64,000 nucleotides of DNA from Eledone cirrhosa (lineage: Eukaryota): contig OZ024742.1 of assembly GCA_964016885.1 (NCBI GenBank), positions 217,186,001 to 217,250,000 on the forward strand, given 5' to 3'. The notes beneath the pieces were generated by a model. It searched no databases, was not told the origin of the DNA, and worked only from the letters and a program-made list of their open reading frames with translations. Positions 42,458-55,510 of this stretch are shown here, in pieces. How positions within the stretch are numbered: position 1 is the stretch's first letter; each line of letters begins with the position of its first letter. Position numbers and translations under genes: made by a program.

Positions 42458-43088
42458 GAAAATAATGCTTTATTTGTTTTACATCCATTCTTCCAAGCAG
42501 GCATGAGTTGGACAAAGGCCAGGGCTTCTAGTTTCATACAGTGTTATATGATTGAGGGAACAAAACACTTGAACAGAACACCAGTCCAATGCAAAGTTAA
42601 CCCAAACTGGTACTCATTTTAAGCTGAGTGGAGTGGAGCAACATGAAATGAAGTACCTTGCTCAACAACACAATGCACCATTTGGTCTTGGGATCAAATG
42701 CCCAATTGCACAACTTTGAAACCAGCACCTAAACTATTAATTCCATGAGGCTTCACTTTCGTCTAACCAAACCATTAAAAGAATAGTAAACAAGAAGATA
42801 TCATTTATCCTATCTTAAAACATTAAAACATTCTAAACTAAAGAAAAAAAAATCAAATGTATTTTTTACTTCTGAAAGCCAAAGCAATGTAGATTTCTTA
42901 CATAAGCTGCTCCCTAAAACTTAAGACATGTAATGTTCATGCTTTTCTAGATGAGATAAATGGTATAAACTAAGATATAGAGAAAGCTAATTAACAAAAA
43001 TTAAATGAAAGACAAATCAAAATATAAAAAAAAAAAGAACAAGCTTCATTAAAAATTAATAACAAAGAAAAAATAATGAGTTATTAAC

Positions 43089-43211
43089 CTTCCATTCTTT
43101 CTGGTAGATTCACTCTAGGCCAAGAGGATCGCTTTTCATAACCTTGAAATATTGATGGCAAAGTCTTATGAGCAGTATATTCCAATAAAGCTTTTAACAA
43201 CCAAAAGCAAT
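43089..43211 (-). CDS. MBTPS1: Site-1 protease (SKI-1/S1P), third-last coding exon
   Basis: ttttttacag|AT acceptor and G|gttaat donor; 123 nt, phase 1-1. Encodes (D)CFWLLKALLEYTAHKTLPSIFQGYEKRSSWPRVNLPERME(G), matching recalled human S1P DCFWLLDALLQYT...PERMEG. Confidence 0.95.
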
Positions 43212-46200
43212 CTGTAAAAAAAAAAAATAAAACATGTCAGTAATCTAAACACCTCACACATGCAATTTAATGTTATTTTTATTCAAAGGTTCTGGCAAGA
43301 AATGTCATTGCCAAGCATAAGCAAATACAAAGAACCATTCTCCAGTGGCATAGCAGTACCAATAATTCATACAATCATACATACATCTATATGAAATGTT
43401 GGAAACCAGAGGAGGTTCCAAAAACTTGCTGGTGAAGGTGATCAAAACAAAGTTAAGGAAAAAAATGGAGAGAGTGAATTAGAAACATTATACAAAGAGA
43501 TTTGTAAAATTGTCTAAACATAAAGATATATAATTAATACACAGTAAGTGTAACAAGATATAAATAAAACAAGGTATATACAGATACATTAAGGGTTGTC
43601 CACAGATATGTACTCTCGAGTTCCAAATAATGAGGGGGGGGGGCATTTGCTTAAATTCTTATAACTGTGCGGGAGGAGGGGAATAAACGGGGGGGGGGGG
43701 GGGGGGGGAATTGGTAATTGTATAGTGTGTGTTCGTAAATATGGGATTTCTTGTAATGTTCTTTATTTTTTACATATATAATGTATTTTTAATATCAAAT
43801 AAAATTATTATTAGATTCCCCAGCTGCTGTATCGATATGAATTACTTACAATAAAATTTGGCCAGAGATAGATTAGCAAAATTAAATGGGCAGGAGAGGG
43901 GGGGGGGGGTTAATCTGAAAAATGAATAAGCGGGAGGATGATTACTCAAGACCTGAAAGTAATTGAGAACCCATTGGTTAGGTTCTGCTAGAGGATGCCA
44001 CATCCCTGTCTGCTTAGCACTGTTTTTACAGGGATTTGGTGCACACAAAATTGCCCAGTAACATCTTTTGCATGCAACAAGATGTAAAGAAGTCCATGTC
44101 CACTGAATAATACAGTTTTAGCTGGTAATAGTACACTAGTATTGTTTTCCCCAAATGTCATTTGTGTGTCTTGTATATTCAAGTTCTAACTGGTTTTCAA
44201 CAATTTGCATATCTAGGTTATATCCATCATATCACAACCACAGTTCATTCATGAGGCACTGATTTGACTTTTGAACAATTGAATTACATATTGCCGTTCT
44301 TGTTCCTTTCTTGAATTTTGTGTGTCTTTAGATTAATCTGGATCCTCTTCCCCCTTTCTTTTTTGAACTTTCACACTTTCTTCAGGCTTCTATTGCACGT
44401 CTATTGTCACAAGATGATAGAGTGGTGTTGTTGGTTGGAGGAGGGGAGGGCTCCTAATTGTTACTTCTGGAACTGAGAACAAGGCAGTTTCTCCGATCAC
44501 TTTCAGTGCAGCTTGTTGTTGCTGATGAGCACACTACTAAATCAACTATCTTCAAACCCGGAGAGCCAATGGGCTTTGCCAAATTTAAAATGTCCAAGAT
44601 GCTGTATGTCACAAAAGTATCTCTACGACCCCACCAGGAGTTGACACCATATTAAAATTGACTGATTTTCAGCTGTCATCAGGTGTCTTATACCTGTGTA
44701 CATAGTACTGTGTGTGTGTATGTTTGTATGTATGTGTGAACCCATAACTCCTAATGAAGTTGTAGGGGGTGTTGTAGTGTCATACAGTGTTTCTTGGGAA
44801 TTTTTAAAACTTGGAAGAGCCCATCACCTCTCCAGGTTTGAACACAGCCTATTTCTTCCAGAGAAAGAGAGAGTGATAGAGAGAAGTGAGAAAGAGATAT
44901 ATAGGAAGAAATGACCACAGTACTGAACTGGTACTTTTTTTTATTGACTTCAAAAGGATGAAAGGCAAAGTTGACTTCGGTGGGATATGAACTCAGAATA
45001 CAGAAGGCTGGAACAAATACCACAAAGCATTCTATCAGTCATACTAATAACCCAGCCAATTCCCCACCTACATAGTACTATGTACACATTCTGAAGTCAC
45101 CTGATGATAAACCTATCGAAACAGTGTCTAGATCATCATCATCATCACCGTTAAATGACCATTTTTCCACGTTGGCATGGGTTAGACGAGTTATCATGTT
45201 GTGAGCAATGCCAGGTCAGGTGACCATGTGTTGCTCATACAAAACTGATTTTGGCTTGATTACTACAACTGGACGCCTTCCTAACACCAAGTACATTTAC
45301 AGTTAGTACTGTAGATGTAAATATTAAAACATCTCTAATGGCAAGAGGTTAATAGTTTTTTTTAAATGCTCATTTTATTAACATATACTCAACTCAAAGA
45401 TTTAGCTATTTAAGGTGAATTAGTGTTAACATGGTCAGACGAGGATTTAGGACCCACTAACATCATGTTTTCCCAATGAGCATCATTAATATAGTCTCCA
45501 ACCCTCATTAGTGAAGATGGGAAGAGACCAGACCAGCGTTAACATATTTAATGTCTAGAACATGCATTTAATTTCAATTTAATTTACTCAAACCAAGCGA
45601 GGTATTAAAGCCACTGAAATGCAAAGGGTTACTGATTAGGGAGAAGGACGAGAAATGGCAATTGATGTTACTTCTGCAAATTGTAGTGATCAAAAAAGCA
45701 AAAAGGTTGGAAGAGAATTCCATATATAAGATGTATGAGAGATGAAACTATCAAAATAGAATGTGTGATTACATTTAGGAACTTCAACTGCAGAGGGGTG
45801 AGACATAGCTGCAGATCTGGTACTTCATTTAAACTCATGAAGACAAGGCAACAATGAAGAAAGCTCATCAGAACAATTTCCATGAAAATATTTATAGAAA
45901 AGACACAGAAAGGCAACATTTTGACAGTGTGATAGTAATTAAAGCCAACATGATATTATGCATGTATTCTCCAATAATATACACTACCTAGCTCAAAAAA
46001 AAAAAAAAGAAAGAGGTTCTACAAATATTCTATAAGCTGTAAAATATCTACTTTAAATCTTTTGCATATTTCATAATTTGTAAACTTGTCAAACCTATTT
46101 CAACATGGGGATTTAAAAGCAACAACAAAACTAAAAAGTTAAAAATAAAAATAAAATTAGACAGGGGGAGGGGTGGAATGATTAATTGCATACTAAACAA

Positions 46201-47028
46201 AGCACTGAAAAGGTTTTCTTTACTTTATTTTGTCTAATATTCATGTCAGTCAGTATATCTGATAGTTGAGGAGTAAACACAGTTGATGTAACACAGTCCA
46301 GACATTAAGTGAAATCTTAGCACCAGTCACAAGAGAAATCAATTCCTCTTAATTTGATCATTAATCAAAATAGCTGTGACTGACTCGAAATCAAACAAAG
46401 TGTGAGGTGGGGGGGGGGGGTGTAAAGAATGGTAAAGATGAACAAGTAAGAGAGAAAAGAAGATATAAAATGGGAATAAAAAAGATGCCCAGAGCAAATA
46501 GAAAGCAAATACATTCCTAAATCAAAGCAGGAATTATAAAAATTATTTTTATTTTTATTTATTCATTTTTTTTTCAAATAAACATTTTAAGGTAAACTGT
46601 AAAACTAAAAACAAACTGCAAAATTGTTTCTAAGGTAAATTGTGTGAAACTATTGAGTTAAACTGAAAAATTATTAAATCACATTATTAAAATCATGGCA
46701 GTTAGTTCAAGAAACAGCAAGACACCAGTATCATGACACTATGGTACAAGTTCCAATCCTGCCTAATCAAAAGAAATTGTTACCAAATACTATCATTAGT
46801 TTCACTGTTAGAGAAGAAAATTGGTTGGAAACGATACTGCACTAGAATGTCATCCATTCCATCGGAAGTCAATAAAATAAAGCAGCAGTTTCCACCACCT
46901 AATGTCTAGACACCTCTACAGTCTTTTACAAAAATGAAAGGATACATTGGATGACATAGTTGGAGACAGACTATCAGAAACAATGAAGTGGTCATGGTGA
47001 GAACAGTTTTGGTAACAGATCATATAAG

Positions 47029-47445
47029 CATCACGACAAACAGCACCCAGTCCACACTGAAAAGTGGTCGTGTAGGCATCACGACAAAAAGCATCCCGTT
47101 CACACTACAAAGTGGTCGTGTAGGTGTCACAACAAAAATCACCCAGTCCACACTGTAAAGTGGTCGTGTAGGTGTCTCGACAAAAAGCATCCAGTCCACA
47201 CTGTAAAGTTGTCGTGTAGGTGTCACGACAAAAAGGACCCAGTTCACACTAAAGTGGTCGTGTAGGTGTCACGACAAAAAGCACCCAGTACTAACTGTAA
47301 ATGAGGTTGGTGTTAGGAAGGGCATCTAGCTGTAGAACCCAGTTCTGTATGAGCAAGACATGGTCACCTCACCTAGCTTTGCCCACAACAGGACAACTCG
47401 TCTAACCCATGCTAGCGTGAAATAATGGACGTAAATCAGTGATGA
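47029..47445 (+). mobile_element. RTE-tailed short element with ~5.6 x 48-bp internal tandem repeat
   Basis: Unit tgtcacgacaaaaagcacccagtccacactgtaaagtggtcgtgtagg, then gttaggaagggcatc module and RTE tail cccatgctagcgtg..ggacgt. Related copies at 9040-9215, 27605-27892 and 30870-31200. Confidence 0.8.
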
Positions 47446-48694
47446 TAATTTGTTTATTGTACATTTCAAACATGTTTGAATTCCCTCACTCATACTTCTT
47501 TTCCTTCATTATCCCTTACTCAGCCATAATACCTCTCCCTCATTCAACCAAACACATACACTCCTTCCCTTACAGTTACATATGCACACACATACATACA
47601 CAAACCCCTGCACTCAATCAATCCCATATCCACACAGTTTCTCTTTCACAATCCCTCCTTCATTCAACTAACCACACGGGCTGCCATATACCATCACTTA
47701 ATTACACACACACTCACTCACCCAAACATATATAAACTCATACTCCATCCTTCGCCCAGCCAATCACATACTCCCACTTTCAGTCACAGACTCTCACTCC
47801 AACAATTACATATGCAAGCATGCACAAACACACACACAATCACATATGCAAACAATCTCTCTTACACACACCTCCACTCATGCAATCACATGCACCCACT
47901 TCCTCACTCACACACATACTCAGCCATAGCTACATACTCTCCATTTAACAATACTCTCCATGTCTATAATTTATGCCTTATAATGAGATCAATTCACAGT
48001 ACTCAATATTTTCATACAGATATCAAAAACCACAAATTTTAATTATATTTTATTTAAATTTTGTTACAAAAAGCTATCGTTATTTAAAACAACAAACAAC
48101 AAAACATCTTTAAGTAAACTTAAATCATGGAATATTGTTGTTTTTGATGGGGGGAGGGGGTCAGTTAATTCAAATAGAAATCTCTTAAACAAGTTAATTG
48201 GCTGAATATTAAAGAGCGAAACATAACAAAAAATAAAGTTCAAATATGCATACACACACTAACTTCAAACAAAATTCTTTGATTTCTTTCCTACACATTA
48301 AAACACACATGCATTAAGAAAGATCATAAATATAATTAGAACAAAACACACACAGACATTACCTATAGAGCACATACATAAAACTCATGCAGAAATACTA
48401 ATGCACACATGTATACGTATGTAGATGAATGTGCATTAGAAAGATTATTCCTCTAAAATACTAAGATAATATAACTAATTTGTTTCAATTAAATTCCTCA
48501 TTAAAAATGACGAAAATATCTAATATTCAGCACCTGAGTTTTGAAACAACATTTTAAACTTTATTTATTTATTATTGTTATTATTTTCATCATTATCATC
48601 ATCATCAAATATCCACCAAAATAGAATCTCATGAAAACTAGCTATAATACTAATGACCTAACAGAATATCAAAGATCAAAAAAGCAAAACTTAA

Positions 48695-48928
48695 ACCCTT
48701 TTGATACCAAACCACTTGAAACTACCCCTGGTTCTATGATACAAAACTATTTGAGAGTGTTTATACTTATCTAAAAAACCTATCATAAATTTATGTGAGA
48801 AACTTTAAGTTGTGTTCCACACACCAGTTTAATAATGATAAAGTTACAAAATCCCTCAAAATTCTTGATTATTTTCTAACAATTATAGGCAATGTGTCTC
48901 TTTCATTAGAAATATGGTAACAAAAGGG
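48695..48928. mobile_element. piggyBac-type MITE (second family)
   Basis: ttaa acccttttgatacc...ggtaacaaaaggg ttaa; partial copy at 49961-50300. Confidence 0.65.
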
Positions 48929-49229
48929 TTAAGTGTTGGAAATATAGTTTCTCATAAACCTATTATACTGATGAGAGACAAACCTAAGACAAACTTTACC
49001 ATACAATGAGGGGAGAAGAATATTGGACAGATCATCACACAATATTAACAAAAGTCAGATTGCATGTATGCTCCTTACAACATTCAAGAACACCAAACAC
49101 TCAATGCTTGACAATCTCAATATTAATAAGAATTTTCATCATTCTCTAGCTGTCAAACTGCAAGTTTCAAAGCCACACATCACCTCAAAAGCTTTACACT
49201 ATGAGATGCTATTGAAGGCTATCAATAAG

Positions 49230-49560
49230 CTCAGATCTGAACTGATCACTGAACTATAGTATACTGATGACAATGTTTTGGCAACTTACACTCTGGATGC
49301 TCTACAAACCACCATCTCAGGAGTTGTTACAGCTGGCAATTAATAGCCAGAAAACTAGGATCATCTGTCCATAGCAAACTATACCATGATGGTACAACAG
49401 CAACAACTAACTGCATTTTCATAATTCAGATACGTAGGCAACATAATTTCTGATGACTGCACATTGGACAATGAGATTCTAAACTGCCTCTGACAGGCTT
49501 CTGTAGGCTTTGAAAGTCTCAGAAAGGGTTTTTTCTAAAAATCACAATTCTCATATGCCA
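49230..49560 (+). mobile_element. Degraded RTE (BovB-like) RT fragment
   Basis: ITEL*YTDD..LQT..INSQKT..FRYVGNIISDDCTLDNEI..QASVGFESL. Confidence 0.6.
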
Positions 49561-50084
49561 GACAGTTAGTGTATGGGTGGTATAAGCCATGGACAATATA
49601 CAGTTGACACAGTGAAGTCTTTGAGGTCTTTAGCAACCATAAACATTTAAGTGCATGTTTGTTTAGGTGTAGGTGTGCATGTGTGTTTAGGTGTAGGTGT
49701 GCATGTGAATATACACATATTCTCTTCTTGCAGATTCATTTGAGTTCTTGCTGGTCACTAATAAAATGGCATAGCATTTTTGTTTAAGTTAAAACAGTTC
49801 CTTCTTTTGTGAATGTGTGTGTAAAAATGTAGGTGTATAGATATACTTACACACATGTAATGAATGTATATGTGCATGTGTTGCTGGTATCCTGTAGCTT
49901 GTGAGATATGTATCAAAACACAACTTTTGGCTGACATGAGTGTCTATTCCAAATTTCTATTTAACCTTTTTCATACCAAACCACCTGAAATCCCTCATAA
50001 TTTTACATTACAAAGATATTTTAAAGTGTTTATATTTATCTAAAAATGTTACTTTATGTAACAACCAAATGCCGACTTAATAAT

Positions 50085-50272
50085 TGTTTCTACTTTTGGC
50101 ACAAGGCCAGCAAATACCCAGTGCATTACTGGTACTTTATTTTATCGACCCCGTAAGGATGAAAGGCAAAGTTAACCTCGGCGGGATTTGAACTCAGAAT
50201 GGCAAGGGCCGTAACTCTATGTGTCAAAGCATGGCATCCGACCCTCTACTGATACTGCCAATCCACCGCCCT
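50085..50272 (-). mobile_element. Full-length tRNA-derived SINE (same family) with 18-bp TSD
   Basis: TSD aaatgc(c/t)gacttaataat at 50067-50084 and 50273-50290. Other copies at ~1400-1507, 44915-45068, 53999-54187, 57950-58160 and 61650-61765. Confidence 0.88.
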
Positions 50273-50302
50273 AAATGCTGACTTAATAATGATGAAGTTA
50301 GT

Positions 50303-53155
50303 TCATCATCATCAACGTTTAACGTCCGTGTTCCACGCTTGCATGGGTTTGGACGAGGGTTTTCCCACTTGAGGCAAGAGTGATTGTCTTGCTCGCATAG
50401 GACTGTCTGGCAGGTTTTCTACAGTTGGATGCCCTTCCTAACACCAACCACATTTACAGTGTGGGTCTGGGAGGTTTTTACCGTGTTGCCTACACGGCCA
50501 CATTATAGCGTGGACTGTGTGTTTTTTTGTCGTGACACCTACACGATCTCATTTGTTTTGGCCTGGATGGTGTGGCACCAACATAACTTTACATAGAAGG
50601 GGGCGGTGTGGATGGGGTGGGGTGGGGTGGTGGGACGGGGGTGTATTTTGTTAGAGATGCCTACTGACTGTAGTAGGTTTTACTATGTATTTAGGTAAGG
50701 CGGGTCTTCTCTATTACTGAGTACCGCTAAAGGTCTCGGTCCAGTGACATTGTCTTGGAGAGGTGTAAGTGTGTGAGGTCGGAGTTTATTAGCTCGTCCC
50801 AGGTTTTTCTAGGTCTGCCTATTCCGTGGCTACCGTCTATCTTTATTGCCCTTCACTTTGTTATACAGCTATCGACTTTCATGCGCATCACGTGTCCATA
50901 CCAACGTAGCCTTCTCTCGAGTAAACAACATCTGATCTCTCTTATTTCTAATTTTTTCCTTAGTTCGTTTATGCTTTGCCGTTCACGTATATTACTATTA
51001 CACATCCAGCGGAGCATGCAAGCTTCGTTCCTCTCTAGTCTGCGTATATCCTCTGCACACAATGCCCAGGTCTCACTGCCATGCAACATTGCTGTTCGTA
51101 TGCAGGCATCATACAACCTGCCTTTCGTTTTTAGGGAGAACCCTTTAGCGGCTAATAGTGGTATAAGCTCTCTGAACTTTTTCCATCCAGTTCTGACTCT
51201 AGCTACTGTACTTTCAGAGCACCCTCCCCCACTGCTGATTTTGTCACCCAGGTAACGGAAGCTGTCCACTATTTCTATAGAGCCCTCTGCGCAGTTGAAA
51301 GAGCTAGTATTTTGTGGGCACTTGCTGCTACTTATTGCACCAGAGCACCGGCCACATGTGAAATCTATGTTCTTAGTTAGCTTACCTGTGATCCCACTAC
51401 ATCTTTTATGCACCCATACTTTGCATTTCTGACACAAAATGGAGTTTCTACCTACGCCTTTCCTACACACTGAGCATGGCCACTTCCCGGAAGGGACCGC
51501 CGCCTTATTTTCTTTCCTACAAACTAGAACTTTGGTCTTAGCCAGATTAATTTTAAGGCCTTTTGATTCTAGGCCGGGCTTCCATGTTTGGAATTTCTTC
51601 TCTAGCTCGGCCATTGATTCAGCTATGAGTGTTAGGTCGTCTGCGTATAGGAGTTCCCATGAACTCCTCTGTTATAGCCTGAAGGGCAATAATAAATAGT
51701 ACGGGGCTGAGAACAGAGCCCTGATGGACGCCAACTTTTACGCTAAACTCTTCACTATATTCGTTGTTAATTCTAACCTTGCTGACTGTTTCTTTATACA
51801 TGGCTTGTATAGCTCTCACAAGCCATTCGTCGACACCTAGTTTTCTAAGGGCCCACCAGATAATGGAACGGGGGACTCTGTCGAAGGCTTTCTCCAAGTC
51901 GACAAAAGCTAAGTAGAGGGGTTTACTTTTAGCTAGGTACTTCTCCTGTAGTTGTCGTACAATGAAAAGAGCGTCTGTGGTACTTTTGCCCGACACAAAC
52001 CCGAACTGCATTTCATCTAGGTCAATTCTCTCTCTGATTAGTTGCACTATTACTTTTTCCGTGACCTTCATGACCTGGTCGATTAATTTAATGCCTCTAT
52101 AGTTACTCCTATCTAGGGCTTCTCCTTTACCCTTATAACAGTTAACGATGATGCTGCTATGCCAGTCCTTCGGAACAACCCCATTCTGTACGACTTGGTT
52201 AACTATCCGGGTGACCATGGTGTGTCCCACCGTGCCAGATGCCTTCAGCATCTCAGCAACTATTTCCGAAGGCCCAGCCGCCTTACCCGTCTTCATATCC
52301 TTGATTGCCTTACTTATTATACTACCCTCTACTAACACTGCTGGTCCCTCTATTGGGTCGATGTGGGGGAGACTGTCTTTCTCCCATTTATTCTCCTCAT
52401 TTAGTAGCTTTTCATAGTGACACTTCCAAGCTACCTTCTTATCAGCGTCGGTGATGGCAAGTACGCCGTCATCATTAAGTACACACTTCTCCCCGACAAT
52501 ATCACGGTTTTCCTTGGCACATTGCCTAGCAATCCTGAACACCTCACGTTTTTGGTCCTCGCGTTGTAGAACATGCTTGAACTTTCTTTCCTCTGCTTCC
52601 CTTCTTGCGAAGTACACTTGTCTCCTAGCTTCCCTCCTGGCCACTTGATAGTCTTCTCTACTTCCCCCATCCCTCCATACTTTCCAAGCCTGCTTTTTGG
52701 CCTTAATTGACCCCTCCACCTTACTGTTCCACCACCATGTTACTCTCCTCCTGCCTACAGGCCTGCTCCAGCCACAGACTTCGTCTGCCACCATCAGCAG
52801 GTTTGCTTTCCGGAATTCCCACTGTCCCTCTATATTGTCCGACTCTAAATGCTCTTCCTTACTGTCGAAAGCATCAAGTAATATGCTTTGGAATTTATTT
52901 CTGGCTGTGGGGGTCCTTTAGCTTCCATATTTTTCTCCTGAGGATAGTCCTCTTCTGCTGTCGAGTACGTCTCGTCCTGACTATGAGGTCGCTAATTATC
53001 AGTCTATGTTGGGAGGTGCATTCTTCATGGGGGAGGGATTTAGTGTTTACAACAGACACTCTGTCACGTCTTCTGGTAAGGATATAATCTACCTGGCTTG
53101 TGTGTTCCCCGGATCTATAGGTGATCAAGTGATTGTCACGTTTTTTGAAGTTATA
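50303..53155 (-). mobile_element. RTE-clade LINE (related PHD-bearing family), 5'-truncated in the APE domain, disrupted
   Basis: TYRSGEHTSQVDYIL/SQHRLII (APE C-term) and RT motifs. Frameshift near 52920, 14-nt deletion of KTGCP before WELLYADD (~51660), stop at 50853. Long 3'UTR ends in a (GAT)n tail. Confidence 0.93.
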
Positions 53156-53524
53156 TTACTAAATTCTACCAACATTCTTGATTGTTTTGAAAATGATTTT
53201 AGTAGCGAAAGTAGATGAGTTAAGCTACCCGTAAGTCATCGATGAGATGTACACTCAGTGAACCTATTCAGAAGTTACTACACTTACTCTCAAGATCTAA
53301 TTATTTTTATTGCTATTTTATTACTATTTAGTAGGTATTGTCTGAGTGATATGATGTACTAATTGTACTGACTTTATGTCTCTTCCTCTATCCCTCCATA
53401 TAACAGATTCTATTAGGGTAATTATTGATTTGGAAATTACCAGTGATGGTTAATATATTCCTAGTATTCATATCCAAGTAACAGATCTCTTCATAGGTCT
53501 AATCTAGTATATGAAATGCTGATA

Positions 53525-53980
53525 CTACCACTGCCACTGAACAAACATTATAGGATATGGTCTTATTGAATGCAGACAGCTCTGACTTCCGTGCCTTCTA
53601 AAACCTACTGATGTATTCCTTTGTCACTCTAGCTTTACACACAGCACTAATGTATGCACTATTCTCATTAAATCCAAGATATTTGTATCATTCATCATTA
53701 GAGACAGGGGAGATAGAAAATTCATTGATATATTTATCCATCATCTCATCAAGAATCTTTCCTCAAATAACTATTAAATATGAACATTTATCTATCCTGA
53801 CCAAACTACATCCTTATGTCCCATCTAACTATCTCAAGAGGTCAGGAATATCACCTGAAGACAACTTCAGGTCATTAACAAAAAAGGTATGGGTGATATT
53901 GATTTTCCTCTTCAGCAGATCCTAACATGTAATCTGGACACTTCCTCAATAAGGATGATAAAGGATTCACTGCCAGGCAA
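53525..53980 (-). mobile_element. Degraded R4/Dong-like non-LTR retrotransposon RT fragment
   Basis: Minus strand reads CLAVNPLSSLL..ITHTFFVNDLKL..YKYLGFNE..KEYISRF*KARKSELSAFNK, with stops and frameshifts. Confidence 0.65.
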
Positions 53981-53998
53981 TTAACATTATAAATTATA

Positions 53999-54187
53999 GG
54001 GCAGTGGATTGGCAGTATCGGTAGAGAATTGGACACCATGTTTTGCAGCGTAGTTACAGCCCTTTATGATCCGATTTCAAATCCTGCCGATGTTAACTTT
54101 GCCTTTCATCCTTACAGGTTCGATAAAATAAAGTACCAGTAATGCATGGGTAATTGCTGGCCTTGTGCTAAAAGTAGAAACAATTAT
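53999..54187 (+). mobile_element. Full-length tRNA-derived SINE (same family)
   Basis: gggcagtggattggcagtatcggtag...tttcaaatcc...gcctttcatccttacagg...aaaagtagaaacaatta. Confidence 0.85.
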
Positions 54188-54194
54188 AAATTAT

Positions 54195-55510
54195 TGTCTC
54201 CTCCTTTTTCTTCATTACCGACTTATTCCTGACAGGGTCATGGGAGCAGAGTCCTCAAACACTCCTTCCAGCAGGCCCTGTCAGAAGCAGCCATCTCCAA
54301 CTAATCTTGCTTGGAGCCTACTCTTGGGTCCCCTGCTGGTTGAGTTTGCCCATAATATCTGTCCAGCAATTCTTTCCCGAGACATTCTAACCACATCCCC
54401 ATAGTATCAGAGCTGTGATCTCTCAATTCAGAGAAGTAGTGGCTCTACCTGGATTGACTCTCTGATCTCCGAGCTACGCACTTTATTGAGCAATGTTACT
54501 CCAAAGACTCTTCAGAGGAATCCCATTTCAGCCGCTTGTATTCGCGATCATATTCTTTCAGTCATTACTCAAGACTAGCAGAAAAACCACCCTTCGGGTG
54601 GTTTTCTGCTAGCATCTGTAGTGTACATATTGATATTATACGCAAATATATATGCATGTAGATATATGTCAAATAAAATCATAATTGAGAATATGCACAG
54701 AAATTGAAGAGAGACTGTGTTACACTCTCTTCTGCAATCAGTAAAGTAATCCATGATACATTTAAAAAAGACAATATTATATATAAACTGCATTAGGAGA
54801 AAATTAGCAACGGAAATATATGTGATATTTTATAAGTGTTATAATATAACCGGAAGTGTTGACATTTGAAAATTTTAAAGAAGGGAATCTTTAAATAAGC
54901 AATAAAATATATTTAATCAACAGTTACGAAATTTAGTACATAAATTATGTAATATTTATATTTAGTACATAAATTTAGTACATAAATTATGTAATATTTA
55001 TATTTAGTACATAAATTATGTAATATTTATATCCTTATTTATTCAAAGTAATCCAACTTATTTTAAACGGGGTAAAAAAATATATTCTGGACGCAGTCCC
55101 GCACTCCTTTATTATAATTAAGATTCATGACCACATGTAAAGGTTGGCACAGAAAACAAATTGAAGACAGCGAGTTTGGCTTTTACACCTACTTCCTGTC
55201 TGATTACTGCACCAGCTTTTGCAATTCTTGCACCTAATTCAGCTTCTTGCACCTACTTGAACTTCTCAATCTGCTTTAGTGGAACTCCATTCACATGTAG
55301 AGTGCACTGTGTAGGCTTCCTTGAGAGGACTAGTGTCTCAGTTTTAAAGCACTGATTTTCATTTCAGCCATGCAGCACTCGGCATCAAATCTATCAAGTG
55401 CATGTCAGAGATCACCTTCTGTTGAGTTAAGTAATACCATGTCGTCTGCAAATTCCATCTGACTGATTTTACACTTGCCAGTCATGATATCACTTCCAAC
55501 ATGGCTGCAC
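54195..55510 (-). mobile_element. Degenerate RTE LINE 3' part (second family), split by the Helitron
   Basis: Homologous to 38254-39119 and 9355-9820; continuous across the Helitron. Confidence 0.8.
54575..55123 (-). mobile_element. Non-autonomous Helitron (549 bp)
   Basis: Minus strand begins TCTTAATTATAATAAA and ends with hairpin gcagaaaaccaccc-gaa-gggtggtttttctg plus CTAG. Inserted between A and T of an RTE copy (catgaa|tcttgag; uninterrupted at ~9391 and ~38720), no TSD. Confidence 0.88.

Noticed and set aside
43634-43710. G-runs / possible G-quadruplex (also 50598-50642)
   Set aside because: Homopolymer and low-complexity tracts on the strand opposite the MBTPS1 and LINE transcripts; no functional evidence.
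48950-48995. CUGAUGA motif at ~48968
   Set aside because: No downstream GAAA/NUH or paired stems.
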